A stretch of DNA of 64,000 nucleotides. Source: Longimicrobiales bacterium. GTDB lineage: Bacteria; Gemmatimonadota; Gemmatimonadetes; Longimicrobiales; Gaopeijiaceae. The position numbers and the translations under genes were made by a program. The stretch covers positions 71,527 through 135,526 of the forward strand of contig CBDEGN010000001.1 of the NCBI GenBank assembly GCA_965237885.1, given 5' to 3'. The notes beneath the pieces are model-generated. The model had not been told where the DNA came from, searched no databases, and was given only the letters and a program-made list of their open reading frames with translations. Below are positions 1-8,045 of this stretch, one piece after another (position 1 is the stretch's first letter; each line of letters opens with the position of its first letter).

Positions 1-94
1 GTCACTTGTACCGCTCCTCATCACCACCAGTACCGGAGCCTTCCCACTCCGCACAGATCCGCTCGACTTCAACCACGGGAGCATCAAGCGGTGA
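1..94 (+). CDS. 3' end of an unidentified protein-coding gene (partial, begins left of the window)
   Basis: + frame 2 is open from nt 2 to TGA at 92-94 (...SLVPLLITTSTGAFPLRTDPLDFNHGSIKR*). Third codon positions are almost all G/C, as in the confident genes here. No family is recognisable from 30 aa. Confidence 0.3.
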   Translation, partial: SLVPLLITTSTGAFPLRTDPLDFNHGSIKR

Positions 95-161
95 ATGATG
101 AAGCTCCTCCACCGGGAGAGCACAGCCCTTAGCGCGAGGCCGGCATTTGCAGGGACGGGGA

Positions 162-995
162 TCATTGGCGCTCGCCGGCCAAGCTTGCCAGCGCCGCCTT
201 GAGAACCTGGAAGCAGACCTTGGCGGTGTGTTCGTCCGGCGTGAAACCCGAGATCAATTGTTGATACGGGTGGATGTAGTTTCGGAAGTCGCGCAACCCG
301 TGGCTGAACTTCTTGATGTCAAGCTTCAGGACCCCGACCTCGCAGGAGACGTTGATTAGCTGGGCGAGGCTCCACTCGTGAAAGCGTTTCGGCGACCCAT
401 TCTCTGTCTTCGGCGTCGCCTTCGCCTGATTGAAGCTCGCTGGATCCTGTTGCGCTGCGCCAAGCAGGACGGCTTCCAGGACGCTGCCGCAAAGGAAGAT
501 CACAGACAGATGAGCACCGGCGCCGAGCGCTACGCGGGCCTCGTTCAACCGTGCTTCGACGATCGGCGCGACCTGCGTGTCGATCGGCAACTTGTGGATG
601 TTTGGAATGGTGAACTCGCGGTTCAGGAACTCGCTCTCCTTACTGGCAGAGTTGAGGACCACTGGTCGACCGGTCATACGGCCAACGATACCTCGTGCCC
701 TTTCCAGCAAGACCCCGTCGATGTCCTTGCCATTGAGTTCGCAGTCGGTCTCATAGGAATCCAGCATCTCGGAGAGCGCGGCCCCAACCAGCTGATCGGG
801 TTCCAATTGCCAGAAGGCGCGAAGCTTCTTCGCCTTGGAGGTGCCGAAGGTCTGGTACCTGCGGCCGTGGATATCGACGTTGTGTCGTCGGAAGAACTCG
901 CCAAAAGTGGCGTCGGTGAAGTCAAGCACATAGCCGCTGCTCATGCCGAGCAACTTCTCGAAATAGCGTTTCTCAATATCCGTCAGAGAACTCAT
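162..995 (-). CDS. AbiJ-like protein: N-terminal AbiJ-NTD-like region plus C-terminal HEPN domain
   Basis: 277-aa ORF. The N-terminus (EKRYFEKLLGMSSGYVLDFTDATFGEFF) resembles N-terminal domains of AbiJ-family proteins; this is from memory, not a search. The C-terminus carries a HEPN-type Rx4-6H signature (LRDFRNYIHP). Its ATG (995-993) overlaps the hsdS TGA (994-992) as ATGA. Confidence 0.55.
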   Translation of the reverse strand: MSSLTDIEKRYFEKLLGMSSGYVLDFTDATFGEFFRRHNVDIHGRRYQTFGTSKAKKLRAFWQLEPDQLVGAALSEMLDSYETDCELNGKDIDGVLLERARGIVGRMTGRPVVLNSASKESEFLNREFTIPNIHKLPIDTQVAPIVEARLNEARVALGAGAHLSVIFLCGSVLEAVLLGAAQQDPASFNQAKATPKTENGSPKRFHEWSLAQLINVSCEVGVLKLDIKKFSHGLRDFRNYIHPYQQLISGFTPDEHTAKVCFQVLKAALASLAGERQ

Positions 996-2620
996 GCCTC
1001 GGCCTCGATCGCTAGGGCGGCCATGGCCAATTGAGTTTCCCCGGACATGAGCTTGGGAAGGAGGCCGTCACGCAGGGCGGCGAGTAGCCGAGATTGGTCC
1101 GCGTTGTGCCTAACCATGGCGAAGAGAGGAGCGATCAAGCGGGAAAAGGCTCTACTCGTCGAGTTCGCTGGTACGACCAGAGGAATCGCTTTCAGGTTCT
1201 TCTGGTTGAGTTTGGGCTGGACGGCACCGGTAACGAACGCAGTGATGTTGGTGCTCTTTAGGTGAAGGTACAGATGCTCGTCGCTGATTCCCTTGGTGCC
1301 CTTGATCACGTGTGCGTGATTGTTGACCCAGAATCTGCCCCAGACGTACTGCACGACCGGATGGCCGTGAGCGTCGACCACCGAGCCATCTTCGCCCGTC
1401 AGTATGTGGACTCCGTCAAAGAGATAACCGTCCACGTAGTCCATGATGCCAGCCGCACCGTAGTACGGATATGAGCCCTGTCGGTCGGCTCGCTGGCGCT
1501 TGTTGAGGGGAATCCGCTTGCGGTCGTGGAGCTCAATCACCGTCCCCAACCTCGCGACCTCCCACCCCTCCGGTATCTCCCCCATCTCAGCATCCACAAG
1601 GCGGTCGGGGAACAGGTCGGCGATGTCCTGCGGCAACCCCGTGTCTCGGCCCTCCACCTTGGCCTGCACCGGATCGAAATCGACGAACCAAGACTTGAAC
1701 AACGCCCGCGCTATCGCTTCCAGCGTTTCGTTCATCCGACGGTTCACATCGATCTTGTCGTCCAACGTCCCGAGGATGTGGGCGATGGCGCGTTGCTCGG
1801 ACAGGTCGTCCGGGGCCTCCACATCGAAGGCTGCGACCATAGCTTTCGTCAGGGCGTTCCGTGTTCCGCCAGACCCGGCCCAAGACAATAGCTTGGCCTG
1901 CGTCTCGGGACAGACCAGGAAATACCGTAGAAAGCCAGGATCGAGCTGGGTCGGATCAGGGCGAATGATCGCTACATGCTGGTTGACGCGGGCGGGCAGG
2001 ATGTGCGGGTCCACCTGACATGCGCGCGCGACTGAATCCCCGGTAATGTTGAGTAGAACGTCTCGGTCCAGAACCTCCACTCCTGCGAGGTCTGAGGCGT
2101 GCTGCTCGCCGATGTACGCAAGCCCGTCGTGACGAAAACCGTCATTGAATACGTTCTGGCTTCGGATGAATGCGTACGGCCCGCCCGGCAAGTAGACATC
2201 TTTGCCACCGCGCGGCGTCGCGCCACTGCCGATCTTGGTGCAAACCGCACCGAGACTGAGCGACACCCAGTCGCCCGGACAACCGAGCGTTGAGGAGGAA
2301 TCGTACCCTTCATGAGTCGGCCGTTCGTACCAGGCGATACCCTGCCGCCGGATATGTTCTCGCAGCGTCCGGTCTCGTATTGAATTGTACAGCAGCAGAT
2401 CGACCGACTGCGCCATCGGAATCTTGTCGATCGCCGCAGCCAGGCGCGCCTGATCCGTCCACGTAAGCCGGTCCCCAAACAACGCGATGTCGACGTCGGA
2501 CGTCACGGTATTCGTCTCGGTCGCTCGGGATCCGAACAACACGGCCCGTTCTACCCGATCATTGGCTGCGATCACAGCGATGATCGCCTCGCGATGAGCG
2601 TCCTTGAGGCCGTCCGTCAT
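992..2620 (-). CDS. hsdS: Type I R-M specificity subunit HsdS with an N-terminal minimal nucleotidyltransferase (MNT, HI0073-like) domain fused in-frame
   Basis: 542-aa ORF. Residues 1-100 carry the MNT signature (LFGSRATETNTVTSDVDIALFG = GSx10DxD, then ...LLLYNSIRDRTLREHIRRQGIAWYE). From ~aa 115 onward it is a typical two-TRD HsdS (GDWVSLSLGAVCTKIGSGATPRGG..., central conserved SEQRAIAHILGTLDDKIDVNRRMNETLEAIARALFKSWFVDF, C-terminal LLPKLMSGE). There is no stop and no internal start between the two parts. Confidence 0.8.
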   Translation of the reverse strand: MTDGLKDAHREAIIAVIAANDRVERAVLFGSRATETNTVTSDVDIALFGDRLTWTDQARLAAAIDKIPMAQSVDLLLYNSIRDRTLREHIRRQGIAWYERPTHEGYDSSSTLGCPGDWVSLSLGAVCTKIGSGATPRGGKDVYLPGGPYAFIRSQNVFNDGFRHDGLAYIGEQHASDLAGVEVLDRDVLLNITGDSVARACQVDPHILPARVNQHVAIIRPDPTQLDPGFLRYFLVCPETQAKLLSWAGSGGTRNALTKAMVAAFDVEAPDDLSEQRAIAHILGTLDDKIDVNRRMNETLEAIARALFKSWFVDFDPVQAKVEGRDTGLPQDIADLFPDRLVDAEMGEIPEGWEVARLGTVIELHDRKRIPLNKRQRADRQGSYPYYGAAGIMDYVDGYLFDGVHILTGEDGSVVDAHGHPVVQYVWGRFWVNNHAHVIKGTKGISDEHLYLHLKSTNITAFVTGAVQPKLNQKNLKAIPLVVPANSTSRAFSRLIAPLFAMVRHNADQSRLLAALRDGLLPKLMSGETQLAMAALAIEAEA

Positions 2621-3030
2621 CTCGTTCGCCTGGCGTCCAGAGCCTGGTGGAGTCGTAGCAGCGCAGGGTGGTAGCGTTCCTTGATCAGCGTCTCCGCCTC
2701 CTGCGCCACGTCGAGCAAATAGGCATGGCTCAATAGGTTGCGCTTGTCCAGCGCGTCGAGCAGGGTCTCGCAGTCGCTCTCGTCGATGTAGTCCACCTCG
2801 AAGCTCTTGCGGATCACCGCGCGCGGGGCCTTCACGTCATAGCCCTCGTAGAAGAGGAGATCCTTGAGCACCTTCCAGGACAGCTCGAAACTGAACTCGA
2901 ACGTCTTGATCAGTCCGGCTAGTTCCAGGTAGTCGTACCGTTCCCGGTCACAGGCATTTGTGAGTTGCGCGAGCGCCGTCCCGAAAGTATCGAGTCGCTG
3001 CTGCCAGCGCCGCTCGTCCGAATTGCTCAC
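2617..3030 (-). CDS. HEPN-domain protein, HI0074-type nucleotidyltransferase substrate-binding family (HepT-like toxin candidate)
   Basis: 137 aa from GTG at 3030. [16 protein letters not shown]...[26 protein letters not shown]...[14 protein letters not shown] matches the HI0074 family pattern, including the RNxxxH (Rx4H) HEPN motif. The GTG overlaps the hsdM stop as GTGA (3030-3027), and its TGA overlaps the hsdS ATG as ATGA (2620-2617). The longer 272-aa ORF in the track would run inside hsdM and is Arg/Gly-rich junk upstream of this start. Confidence 0.75.
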   Translation of the reverse strand: MSNSDERRWQQRLDTFGTALAQLTNACDRERYDYLELAGLIKTFEFSFELSWKVLKDLLFYEGYDVKAPRAVIRKSFEVDYIDESDCETLLDALDKRNLLSHAYLLDVAQEAETLIKERYHPALLRLHQALDARRTR

Positions 3031-4583
3031 GGTCCCTTCCCCCCGAATCCCAGCGCCTCCAGGTTCTTGGTGATCGCGGCGTCGAGCCGGGCGCCTTCGG
3101 CCTGCTGCTGCCGAAGCTCGGCAACCAGCCGCTTCATCTTGTCCTCGAACGGCTCGCCGTCGTCCTCCTGCGGCTCCACACCGACGTACCGGCCCGGCGT
3201 CAGCACATGGCCGTGCTTGCGTACCTCGTCCAGCACAACACTCTTGCAGAATCCGGGAACATCGGCGTAACCGTCCCCCTCCGCTCCCGTCCGCCAAGCG
3301 TGGTAGGTATCCGCGATCCGTGCGATGTCCTCGTCGGTCAGTTCCCGGTGCGTCCTGTCCACCATCCGGCCGAGCTTCCTCGCGTCGATGAACAGGATCT
3401 CTCCGCGCCGCCGGCACCCACGCGCCAGGAACCACAGGCAGGCTGGGATCTGGGTCGAATAGAAAAGCTGGCCCGGCAGAGCGACCATGCAGTCGACCAG
3501 CTCCGCCTCGATCAGGTTCTTCCGAATCTCGCCCTCTCCGGACTGATTCGACGACATCGACCCGTTGGCCAGCACGAACCCCGCCACCCCCTTCGGGGCG
3601 AGGTGGTGGACCATGTGCTGCACCCAGGCGAAGTTCGCGTTGCCCTTGGGCGGGATGCCGTAGCGCCAGCGCTTGTCCTCGACCAGCCGCTCGCCGCCCC
3701 AGTCCGAGACATTGAACGGCGGGTTGGCGAGGATGAAATCAGCCTTCAGGTCCGGATGGCGATCGTTGTGGAAGCTGTCGCCATGGGCGATCTGCCCGCC
3801 GATCCCGCGAATGGCCAGATTCATCCTGGCGAGCCGCCACGTCGTGTAGTTCGACTCCTGGCCGTAGATCGAGATGTCACCTTGCCCCTTGCCGCCGTTA
3901 CCGTTGCCGCTGGCGTGGGCGTGAATGAACTCGACCGACTGCACGAACATTCCCGAGGACCCGCAGCAGGGATCATAGACCCGCCCCCGGTAGGGTTCGA
4001 GCATCTCGACGAGGAGCTTGACAAGGCAGCGTGGGGTGTAGAACTCGCCACCCCGCTTCCCCTCGGCACTCGCGAACTGCGAGAGGAAGTACTCGTATAC
4101 GCGGCCGAGCACGTCCCGGGAGCGGGCTTCGGCATCCCCGACACGGATGTTTCCGATCATGTCGATGAGTTGGCCGAGACGTTGCTTGTCCAAGGCAGGT
4201 CGCGCGTAGTCCTTGGGCAGCACTTCCTTCAGCGCCGGGTTGTCGCGTTCGATCGCGGTCATGGCCCGGTCTACGGTCTGGCCGATGGTGGGCTGCCGCG
4301 CCCGGGCCTTCAGGTGTGCCCAGCGGGCTTCCTGCGGCACCCAGAAAATGTTCTCGGCGATGTACTCGTCGCGATCCTCTGCGGCCTCCTCTCCCCACTC
4401 GGCCAGCACCGTCGCGTGCCGCTCCTCGAACGCGTCCGAGATGTACTTGAGGAAGATCAAGCCGAGCACGACGTGCTTGTACTCGGACGCATCCATGGAG
4501 CCGCGGAGCGTATCCGCCATCGCCCACAGCTCGGCCTCGTAGCCGGTCGTGGCGCCGCTGTCGGTCTTCTTTCTTGCCATCAT
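3027..4583 (-). CDS. hsdM: Type I R-M N6-adenine DNA methyltransferase subunit HsdM
   Basis: N-terminal HsdM_N-like region ([34 protein letters not shown]). AdoMet motif [12 protein letters not shown]-like ([13 protein letters not shown]). Catalytic motif IV is ILANPPFN. The start is taken at the MMARKK methionines; the upstream part of the track ORF is less protein-like. Confidence 0.9.
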   Translation of the reverse strand: MMARKKTDSGATTGYEAELWAMADTLRGSMDASEYKHVVLGLIFLKYISDAFEERHATVLAEWGEEAAEDRDEYIAENIFWVPQEARWAHLKARARQPTIGQTVDRAMTAIERDNPALKEVLPKDYARPALDKQRLGQLIDMIGNIRVGDAEARSRDVLGRVYEYFLSQFASAEGKRGGEFYTPRCLVKLLVEMLEPYRGRVYDPCCGSSGMFVQSVEFIHAHASGNGNGGKGQGDISIYGQESNYTTWRLARMNLAIRGIGGQIAHGDSFHNDRHPDLKADFILANPPFNVSDWGGERLVEDKRWRYGIPPKGNANFAWVQHMVHHLAPKGVAGFVLANGSMSSNQSGEGEIRKNLIEAELVDCMVALPGQLFYSTQIPACLWFLARGCRRRGEILFIDARKLGRMVDRTHRELTDEDIARIADTYHAWRTGAEGDGYADVPGFCKSVVLDEVRKHGHVLTPGRYVGVEPQEDDGEPFEDKMKRLVAELRQQQAEGARLDAAITKNLEALGFGGKGP

Positions 4584-4788
4584 CCTCGCTGCCTTCATGC
4601 TCGCCATCGCCCTGGGCGAACTTCCAGAGCCGGATCGGAGCCCAAGATACGACATTTGACGTGCCGCCGTACACCTTGCTCAGGCGGGTCGCTAATTCGG
4701 GGAGATTCCCCGCCCCCAAAGTACTCGATCCGACTACCGGGGCGTGTCGGCGGTGGGTAACACCGGTATCTACGCCGGTTCTCCTCCA

Positions 4789-5925
4789 TCACGCCGTTTG
4801 GGCTCGCCGCCAGTCGTCGAAGTCGAGCAGATTGCGGAGGAAGAGTTCGTACTGCTCGCTCGGGTCAGTAGTTGGTCTATCGGCAAAGGTGGTGTTCGCC
4901 TGACGACCTTCCAGGAAAGCTTCCAGTTCGCCGGGATTCAGCACCGGAATGTCGAGTCTCCCGTCCCATCGCGACCGCGCCTCAGTAGCAGATTCGCCTT
5001 CTCCGCGTGCCAGTAAGCCCTTCGAGTCGTCACGGCCTTGGAGCGCGGTCCAGAACCGCTGGACCGCGTAGCGAATGCTGTCGGCCCTGTAGAAGTAGAA
5101 ACGCCCTCGCCCGACCGGCTCCCAGTGAGGAGCGACCATGTCCTTCTTGCGGTTGTCGAAGCTCACGTAGTGGATGCGTCTCAACAGCGTTTGGTGGCAA
5201 CGGAGTTCGTACCAGCCGGCGTGATTGTCGTCGGTTCGGACCTCGCCCCGCGTCCACTCCTGAGCACTGTCCAAGTGGTCGTGTGCCGCACTCGCCGCCT
5301 TCAGCGTGAATTCGGGAAAGACATCGTGGTGGCAGCAGATGAATCCGGCCTCTTCACGCAGGGTCCAGGCCGCCGGTTCGGCGAGCAACCGTTTGGCTTT
5401 CTCCAGCGCGGGCGCGTCCAAGCCGAACCGCTGCCGCCACATTCGCTCGATCTCGTGGGGCTGGGCGGCGCGGTTGACTGGCGTGTTGGTGTCACAGACG
5501 CGCGTGTAGATGTGATGCGCGCAGACCTTCTGGATCCTCTTGACAAGGTAGTACGGCTTCTTCGGCTCGTCCTCGATGATCAGCACGTCCACCTGCTTGG
5601 CGTCTATCTCTATCGTGCGGAGGTGGAATGTCGGGAATCTCGACTGGAAGAACTTGTCCGCGTTGTCCCGGAACAGGCCGGCGATTTCAGCCTGGGTCAG
5701 GCGCCCTTCGTCGTCCTCGATCGTCTGCACCGACGCACCGCCGTCCTCCACACCAAAAACGAGGAATCGGGGACCATCGTGCTCCGCGTTCGCGAGGCAG
5801 AGCACGTCGTGGACTAGATCCCCTTTGTTGGCGTGGTGCTTGAGCTTGAAGTCCCAGTAGACGCCTTCGCTGCGGCGACCGATCAGGTCCCGGACGATCT
5901 GCGCGAGAGTGTGGTCAGCGATCAC
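4789..5925 (-). CDS. AlbA_2 (Schlafen-like putative DNA/RNA-binding) domain protein with an uncharacterised C-terminal half
   Basis: 378-aa ORF. The N-terminus (SEGVYWDFKLKHH...LVHDVLCLANAEHDGPRFLVFGVEDGG) fits the AlbA_2 pattern (E.K....l.k.i.A.aN..GG.l.iGv.d.g). The C-terminal ~200 aa are unrecognised. It lies on the same strand as hsdM, 134 nt upstream. Confidence 0.55.
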   Translation of the reverse strand: MIADHTLAQIVRDLIGRRSEGVYWDFKLKHHANKGDLVHDVLCLANAEHDGPRFLVFGVEDGGASVQTIEDDEGRLTQAEIAGLFRDNADKFFQSRFPTFHLRTIEIDAKQVDVLIIEDEPKKPYYLVKRIQKVCAHHIYTRVCDTNTPVNRAAQPHEIERMWRQRFGLDAPALEKAKRLLAEPAAWTLREEAGFICCHHDVFPEFTLKAASAAHDHLDSAQEWTRGEVRTDDNHAGWYELRCHQTLLRRIHYVSFDNRKKDMVAPHWEPVGRGRFYFYRADSIRYAVQRFWTALQGRDDSKGLLARGEGESATEARSRWDGRLDIPVLNPGELEAFLEGRQANTTFADRPTTDPSEQYELFLRNLLDFDDWRRAQTA

Positions 5926-6040
5926 GGTTGCCGACTTCGGCTGCGGTTGGCTTCTTGGCGCGGGGATGTCTGTGTACCTATTGCGATGAATTGCAGGGAA
6001 TTAGGATGGCACATAAGACATCCTGAAACCTCCCGAGACC

Positions 6041-7087
6041 TCAGAAGATCGACTTCGGCATGTGCATGCTGACCAGCATGTGCGGCACGTCCACCGTCTC
6101 GGAGATCTTCATGTCGCCGGCGATCGAGCAGAGCACGTAGGCTTCCTCGGGCGTGAGGCCGTGCTCGGCGACCAGGTAGTCGATCATGTAGCGGGTCGCC
6201 TTGCGGGCGGCTTCGTCGATGGTGGTGGCGAAGCCGGTCACGGCGTAGTAGTCGTCGGTCTCGTACTGGGGCTCGACCATCCCGCGTGTGTTCTCCATGA
6301 CCTCGACTTCGAAGACGATGCGCATGGGCGTCTCGATGGCCGAACCGGACACCTCGCCGTCGCCCTGGGCCGCGTGCGTGTCGCCGATGGAGAACAGGGC
6401 GCCCTCGACCTGCACCGGGAAGTAGACGGTCGTCCCGGCGATCATGTGGCGGTTGTCCATGTTGCCGCCGTTGGTGCGCGGCGGGATGGTCACCAGCATG
6501 GAGTCGGTAGCGGGCGCGACCCCCATGACCCCCGCGAACGGCGCGAGCGGAATGGTGATGTCGTCGTTGAAGCGGACTTCCGTCGCCCCCGCCTCCATCG
6601 GGAAGCCCCGGATCCAGGGCCCGGGGAAGTCTTCCGGCAGGAAGCCGAAGCCGGGGAAGATGCCTGCCCATCCCCAGCCCTGGACCTCGATCTCGTGCAG
6701 CGTCACCGCCAGAATGTCGCCGGGGCTGGCGCCCTCGACGTAGATCGGCCCGGTCAGGGCATGGATGAGGCCGAAGTCGACACTGACCAGGTCCTCCGCC
6801 GTCGTGGATTCCGTGATCTGGCCGTCGGAGGCCTCCTTGGTGAATGCTTCGACGACCGTTCCCGAGGGCACCGTCAGCTGGGGTGGGATGGTAGCGCTCC
6901 AGCGGTTGTGGCTGTTCTCGGAGCCGAGCGTGTACTCGGGGGCCGGAGTCTCGGCGGCGGCGGACGGCGCCTGGCCGGATTGCTCCCCCGGGGCGGACTC
7001 GCTCTGGCAGGACGCCAGGGCCAGCGGGATGACGAAAGCGAAGGTGGCGGCGCACCTGGACGAGCGAGACATTGGCGTGGCGAACAT
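6041..7087 (-). CDS. Acetamidase/formamidase family amidohydrolase (lipoprotein signal)
   Basis: LTGPIYVEGASPGDILAVTLHEI...GGNMDNRHMIAGTTVYFPVQVEGALFSIGDTHAAQGDGEV is characteristic of the FmdA/AmdA family. The start is chosen at MFATPMSRSS, with lipobox LALASC. The track ORF extends further upstream. Confidence 0.85.
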   Translation of the reverse strand: MFATPMSRSSRCAATFAFVIPLALASCQSESAPGEQSGQAPSAAAETPAPEYTLGSENSHNRWSATIPPQLTVPSGTVVEAFTKEASDGQITESTTAEDLVSVDFGLIHALTGPIYVEGASPGDILAVTLHEIEVQGWGWAGIFPGFGFLPEDFPGPWIRGFPMEAGATEVRFNDDITIPLAPFAGVMGVAPATDSMLVTIPPRTNGGNMDNRHMIAGTTVYFPVQVEGALFSIGDTHAAQGDGEVSGSAIETPMRIVFEVEVMENTRGMVEPQYETDDYYAVTGFATTIDEAARKATRYMIDYLVAEHGLTPEEAYVLCSIAGDMKISETVDVPHMLVSMHMPKSIF

Positions 7088-7286
7088 CGGGACGGCTCCT
7101 TGGGTGTCGGTGAACTTGGCCCGAGGGCTTGGTCTATTCTTGATGCGTAACCGTTCTCGCGCCATACGTAGTGCGGCTCGAGCCACCAAAGCCGGCGCCG
7201 TTCCTCCCGTCCCGGCCAGGACTTGTCCCTGGCCTGGAAGACTGCGGACCTCGAGTGGCCCTGCGACCCTCCAACACCCACTGCAC

Positions 7287-8015
7287 ATGAGCTTCGAACT
7301 TCCCGAACTGCGGCCCGGCGTCGTGTACATCTGGGAAGGACGGCTGGATGTGCCCGACCGCGTCACGGCCGCCGCCCGCACGCTCCTCTCCGGGAGAGAA
7401 CGCAAGCGGGCCGACCGCTTCGTGTACGACCGCCACCGCCGCCGCTACACCGTCGCGCAGGCCCACCTGCGCCGGGTTCTGGGGCAGCTGACCGGCACCC
7501 TCCCCGACAGAATCCGCTTTCACTACGAGGAAAAGGGGAAGCCCTTTGTGACCGGCGGCCCGTCCTTCAACCAATCGCATTCGGAAGATCGGCTGATGAT
7601 CGCGGTGGCCGCCTCCGGGCGCCTGGGCGTGGATATCGAGGAGTTGCGGCGGGTGCGCCTGATGCTCGGCATCGCCGACAAGAACTTCGCCCCCGACGAG
7701 GCGGCCCGTATGCACACGGCCCCCGCGGACGAGCGCCAGGAACTCTTCTTCCGGATCTGGACCCGCAAGGAGGCGTTCCTCAAGGCGCTCGGCTTTGGGC
7801 TGACGCACCCGCTGAGGTCGTTCTCGGTAGATCCTTCGCCTGGCGCGGAGCGGGGACTCCTGCACGTCGAGGATCTGCCGGAGGATCCTGCGCGCTGGTA
7901 CATCGGCGGGGTCCGCTGCGCGGAGGGCGCGGAGGCCGCGCTGGCCGTGGACCGGGCCGAAATAGAGGTCGAGCCGTTGCGCTACGATCCAGCGGGGCTC
8001 GGCGGGGAAAGCTGA
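7287..8015 (+). CDS. 4'-phosphopantetheinyl transferase (Sfp-type)
   Basis: The sequence from MSFELPEL carries RADRFVYDRHRRRYTVAQAHLRRVLG, KGKPF, FNQSHSEDRLMIAV, GVDIEE and IWTRKEAFLKALG, the typical Sfp/EntD family motifs. Confidence 0.8.
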   Translation: MSFELPELRPGVVYIWEGRLDVPDRVTAAARTLLSGRERKRADRFVYDRHRRRYTVAQAHLRRVLGQLTGTLPDRIRFHYEEKGKPFVTGGPSFNQSHSEDRLMIAVAASGRLGVDIEELRRVRLMLGIADKNFAPDEAARMHTAPADERQELFFRIWTRKEAFLKALGFGLTHPLRSFSVDPSPGAERGLLHVEDLPEDPARWYIGGVRCAEGAEAALAVDRAEIEVEPLRYDPAGLGGES

Positions 8016-8045
8016 TCGGATCCGGGCGATGGACCGGCCTGCTGC

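Noticed and set aside
1-165. A possible hsdR start on the minus strand: ATG at 165-163 overlapping the AbiJ-like stop, open to the window edge.
   Set aside because: The translation (MIPVPANAGLALRAVLSRWRSF...) is Arg/Ser-rich and unlike any HsdR N-terminus. The + strand frame 2 shows much better G/C third-position bias and terminates at 94, so the region is better explained by a converging gene.
2617-3435. The full 272-aa track ORF taken as the HEPN gene.
   Set aside because: The first 135 residues are Arg/Gly/Ala low-complexity sequence lying inside hsdM. Family similarity begins exactly at the internal GTG (3030) that forms a GTGA overlap with the hsdM stop.
3207-4760. 517-aa + strand ORF antisense to hsdM. 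Similar long antisense or off-frame ORFs occur elsewhere, e.g. 5922-7055, 6062-7150, 17349-19802, 22598-24100, 38972-40741, 43635-45191, 48437-50443, and the upstream part of 53390-56986.
   Set aside because: These are shadow ORFs typical of high-GC DNA. Their translations are Arg/Gly/Pro/Ala-rich with no motifs, and each overlaps a gene with clear family signatures on the other strand or frame.
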